Assembly: GCF_001194135.2 (NCBI RefSeq)
Contig: NC_068991.1
Span: 78,480,507 to 78,516,246, forward strand
Reading direction: 5' to 3'
Length of the DNA stretch: 35,740 nt
Source: Octopus bimaculoides
Lineage: Eukaryota
This document shows positions 33,151-35,740 of this stretch, piece by piece. The notes beneath the pieces are model-generated. The model saw only the letters and a list, made by a program, of their open reading frames with translations. It did not search any database and was not told where the DNA came from. Positions within the stretch are counted from its first letter, which is position 1. Each line of letters starts with the position of its first letter. The position numbers were made by a program, and so were the translations under genes.

Positions 33151-33399
33151 AGGGTCATCGAAAACAAAGAACATTAATTCTGAGAAGAGTGATTGTACAT
33201 CTTCAACAGATACGAAATACCAGTACCCGACATATATATGTTAGAGAATATTGCCAATTATTATGTTTTCTCATTGAATAAATTGATTCTCTAAATTCTC
33301 AATTGTATCGATGTGCTGACAATATTGTTCTTTAAAGGCGGAAGACTAAAAAAAAAAAAAAAGAGTATTTGATAATGCAATCTGCCTCTAAATACAAAT

Positions 33400-33950
33400 A
33401 CAACATCAATCGACGCTAACATAATTCCTCTTTTTCAATAAGCAAAATATATAATTTACTTTGCTTGCTTGAGTGAAAAAACAATTCTGCTGTATTTGAT
33501 GCCAGTACGTTTGATAGAACTGGGACATGCTACATCATAGTGCTATGCATCTTAAAGATTCTAAATAATAAATGGAAAACATTAGATACAGAATTATATA
33601 GAGACGATGGATTAATCCTCCCATACACACTGTAACAGAAGAAATGATCTAAATTCAAGAAGATATAACCGCTAACAGAAAATATCCACAAATGAAATCA
33701 TTGTCAACTTTGATTTAGAAGCACAATATCCATGAATGAAACCATTGTATCATTGTTAATTTTGTTAGATGTAACATTAAATTTGCTGACGAGTAGCTTA
33801 CAACAATCGAATGAAAAACTCATGTTCCGAAATAAGAGATTACCGCTCGAATAGTTTTCAAAAGTTTAATAACAGAAGGGAAACAATATCTGTTCTAGTG
33901 GCAAAGAAATATCACACAAACTTATAGCAATCACACGCAAAGAATAACAG
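33400..33950 (+). pseudogene. Penelope-like RT relic (LYRDDG type)
   Basis: FDASTFDRTGTC.II.L.ILKILNNK...ELYRDDGLIL (codons from 33591, catalytic motif intact), then LLDVTLNL. Confidence 0.7.
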
Positions 33951-34949
33951 TTTCAATGGTAGTATTCAATTAACTGATGTCCTAAATTTTTCCAACAAGA
34001 AAAGGGGCCATAATATCACTTATTTTAACAAACACCTCTCTCTTATTGTCAAAATCACTATAGCAGAAAAAAACTGTGAAAAAGAACAGGAAATATATTT
34101 TAATAAAGTAAAATAAGATATCGTTACAAAGCATTAGAAAGAATTCTATTGGAATCTCATTTCATCTTTTCGCAACTAAGAAAAGATAAATGCGGCAGCT
34201 GTATTAAGCTATATAAGGAAATGAAAAAAACAAACAAACAAAAAAACAACAACAAAAAAACAAACAAAAAAACAAAAACAATTTTAACACATTTCTAACT
34301 GAAATAAAACAACCCGTAAAGCAAATAGTTACAACATTAACAATGTGTGTGTCACAAGGAATTTCATTATCGTTTAGATATACATAACACCGCATATGGA
34401 TAGCTTAAATGAGCTGTCTGAAATGTTCAAAACAACTAGGCATGTTAGCGAATTTCTCTTTGGTGTTTTAATGGAACAATGAAATCCGATTTAATGTATA
34501 ATACTGTTGTTGACGTCTCCAATAACCTTTGTGCAGTTCGGACTTTCACATTTAAATGTTTGTATTTCTCATCTTAATACTGTATACCCCAATAAAAATC
34601 AACATTCCACACCATATATAATAATGATTAATGCACTTCAACTCTAAGGTTTCTTTGTATGTGCGTGCGTGCGTAAATGTGCATGTGTAAATGTATTGGT
34701 GCGCTTCTCTTCTACCCGACACTTCCTCTATTGACATATTAGAGGGAGCATAGCCATACACATATTCTTCTCCACTCTGCGCCCGAAATTTTCGGGGAAG
34801 GGGCCAGTCGTATGGGTGTGTGTATATATGTATGTAATATATGTAAATATGTGTGCGTGCGTAGAATTTTCTCTGAATAAACACATTCTTTCGATACTGG
34901 ACCGCCTTTTGTTCTGGTAGCGGCTATATTCTTGTGACGCGAGGATTTT

Positions 34950-35490
34950 TGATGCCAGTACTTAAGTGCACCGTAGAATTCGTTTTCTTCTTACTGGATC
35001 AATACTCCGCCAGAGTTTTTCTTATTGGAATTATATCTCCTAATATCATTTGTATTAAATCATTGATTTGGTGTAACGATTAGACAGCTCTCCGATTTCC
35101 TACTTCGATCTCCTTTGTAAAATCAATAGGCAGATTCAGTTCTTGGAAGTTCTACTTACGTTGTTTTTCCAAATTGCTTATAAAGTGTCACACTTTCTAT
35201 TATCTCCATTAATTCCAAATCGTAAGGAGATTCATTTCATGAGCTATTCTTTTATTCTTATACCTTATTCTTTTCAATTAACGATTCCTTCATTAAATAT
35301 ATCAAACGCGGTAGCACACTGGTTAACCGAATAAAAACGATTGCAATCGTTAAGATTCGCTTTGACAGTGGCCACATTGTTTTTTAATGCATTAACCTCC
35401 TAAGTTTCATTTTCTTCTCTTGGTGTATATCCATTTTGGGATTCTGAAGATATTTATAAGACTCACCTAAGTGATTAATGAAAGTTTTAT
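34950..35490 (-). pseudogene. Highly decayed R4/Dong-like RT fragment
   Basis: GESYKYL, KANLN...VNQ.A, GIVN*KE and L.L.RR-like motifs in order, across frameshifts. Confidence 0.4.
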
Positions 35491-35707
35491 TCCCTTAGTG
35501 ATTCTACAGTTTACGAAGTACATATTAAATTATATTTTCAGTTTCATATTTTTCCGAACGCATGCGCATAGCTTTATGGTAAATATTGAAAGTGTTTACA
35601 GAGCACATCAACCGTTTTCACGTGACTAAAGGTGACCGATGCAAAACGAATAATATGAAGTGTGTTTGTGTTGTGTACACATACACACGCACACATATGT
35701 ACATACA

Positions 35708-35740
<33 letters not shown>

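Overview
AT-rich, microsatellite-saturated, gap-containing eukaryotic DNA. The repeat families look like those of an octopus/coleoid cephalopod genome; this is inferred from remembered repeat consensus sequences, not a search. No complete protein-coding gene, rRNA, tRNA gene or CRISPR array is supported. Most ORF-track entries are microsatellite or N-gap artefacts; the rest with recognisable motifs are transposon relics. The window is a palimpsest of: (i) at least three tRNA-headed SINE families (A, with an internal microsatellite; B, often tandem or dimeric; C); (ii) three decayed R4/Dong-like RLE non-LTR retrotransposon pieces; (iii) four decayed Penelope-like (PLE) RT fragments of two types; (iv) a near-complete hAT-type (DUF659/CGGBP1-like) transposon with imperfect TIRs; (v) mariner and Helentron-like non-autonomous elements. 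A CAG/CGG-rich candidate first exon with a GTAAGT donor lies at about 31.4-31.76 kb. The most notable hidden signal is a set of four type I hammerhead-ribozyme-like motifs. The one at 14533-14623 (minus strand) has a complete catalytic core and a perfect 6-bp stem I, and all four can be read with one extra nucleotide before stem II. There are ten N gaps (4011-4020, 4981-5519, 6792-7083, 7940-7949, 10567-10576, 13461-13575, 19040-19146, 25529-25544, 27147-27243, 29759-30136), mostly at simple repeats. All alignments and folds were done by eye, and element boundaries are approximate.
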